This document shows positions 22,141 through 22,449 of a DNA stretch of 22,449 nt, one piece after another. Below the pieces are notes generated by a model. The model had not been told where the DNA came from. It saw only the letters and a list, made by a program, of their open reading frames with translations, and searched no databases. A program made the position numbers and the translations under genes. The DNA is taken from assembly GCA_910588925.1 (NCBI GenBank), contig CAJURV010000033.1, positions 1-22,449 on the forward strand. Direction: 5' to 3'. How positions within the stretch are numbered: the stretch's first letter is position 1; each line of letters starts with the position of its first letter. The DNA is from an uncultured Rikenellaceae bacterium (lineage in GTDB: Bacteria > Bacteroidota > Bacteroidia > Bacteroidales > Rikenellaceae).

Positions 22141-22449
22141 CAAAAGCCATACATGCGGCACGTGGTGCCGCTCCGCGATAACCGCTACGAATTAACCCGA
22201 CAGAGGTCGGGGAAGCCGCTTGCGAGCAAATACCATCACTTCACACCCAAAGACATGCGCATTAACCGCAAGTCGCAGGCATGCTTGCCCTAGCACACAA
22301 CCGCAGCCCGCAGGGCGCCGAACTTTTTCGGTAAGCCGAGCGCAATGAAACGAAGTTTCGATTGCCGAGGCGAGAAAAAGTGCGCGAAGCGAAGCTTTTT
22401 AGACCTCAAAAATCGTCGATCGCGGGCGTGCGCCTCCGGAGCTAATGTG
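22141..22449 (+). repeat. Repeat unit II, occupied version (carries nested small element), truncated by window end
   Basis: Colinear with 11321-11549. This copy contains an extra 67 nt at 22329-22395. Confidence 0.8.
22329..22395 (+). mobile_element. Nested insertion of the small hairpin element inside repeat unit II, flanked by a TTTTT duplication
   Basis: Unoccupied site at ~11495: gcgccgaaGTTTTTTagacctc. Occupied site: gcgccgaaCTTTTT-[cggtaagccgagcgcaatgaaacgaagtttcgattgccgaggcgagaaaaagtgcgcgaagcgaagc]-TTTTTagacctc. The empty-site/filled-site pair and the repeated TTTTT are consistent with a target-site duplication. Confidence 0.55.

Overview
This looks like a Bacteroidales chromosomal window. 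I infer that from the lipoprotein signal peptides, the TAnnTTTG-type promoter motifs and a coding GC of about 50-55%.

Coding content:
- A five-gene minus-strand operon (543-8975) encodes paralogous surface lipoproteins with a shared PCMD-like C-terminal domain, plus one non-lipoprotein beta-rich secreted protein.
- Housekeeping genes: aspA (+), gpsA-pgi (-), a serine hydrolase (+), an orphan metal ABC permease (+) and tRNA-Leu(UAG).
- Two small envelope modules: a YtxH / holin-like / small-protein triad (-), and an NfeD-flotillin pair (+).

The most unusual content is non-coding. Nearly every larger intergenic gap is built from a modular, multi-copy repeat family. The gaps involved are 1-540, 10850-12390, 15100-15430, 18250-18600 and 22080 to the window end. 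The modules are:
- a ~50-nt unit ending in the palindromic core ATGCGCAT+TTA(A);
- a ~230-nt hairpin-rich unit;
- a conserved ~300-nt stem-rich element present twice, each time at the 3' end of a minus-strand gene;
- a ~60-nt hairpin element present in at least 6 copies.

One of the ~60-nt copies is inserted inside another repeat. The second copy of that site is unoccupied, so this is direct evidence of mobility. A strongly C/A-rich, T-poor 450-bp tract sits in the aspA-pgi gap, and 2.3 copies of a 73-bp tandem repeat with promoter-like motifs precede the hydrolase gene.

Feature coordinates outside the supplied ORF track were derived by hand and may be off by 1-3 nt.
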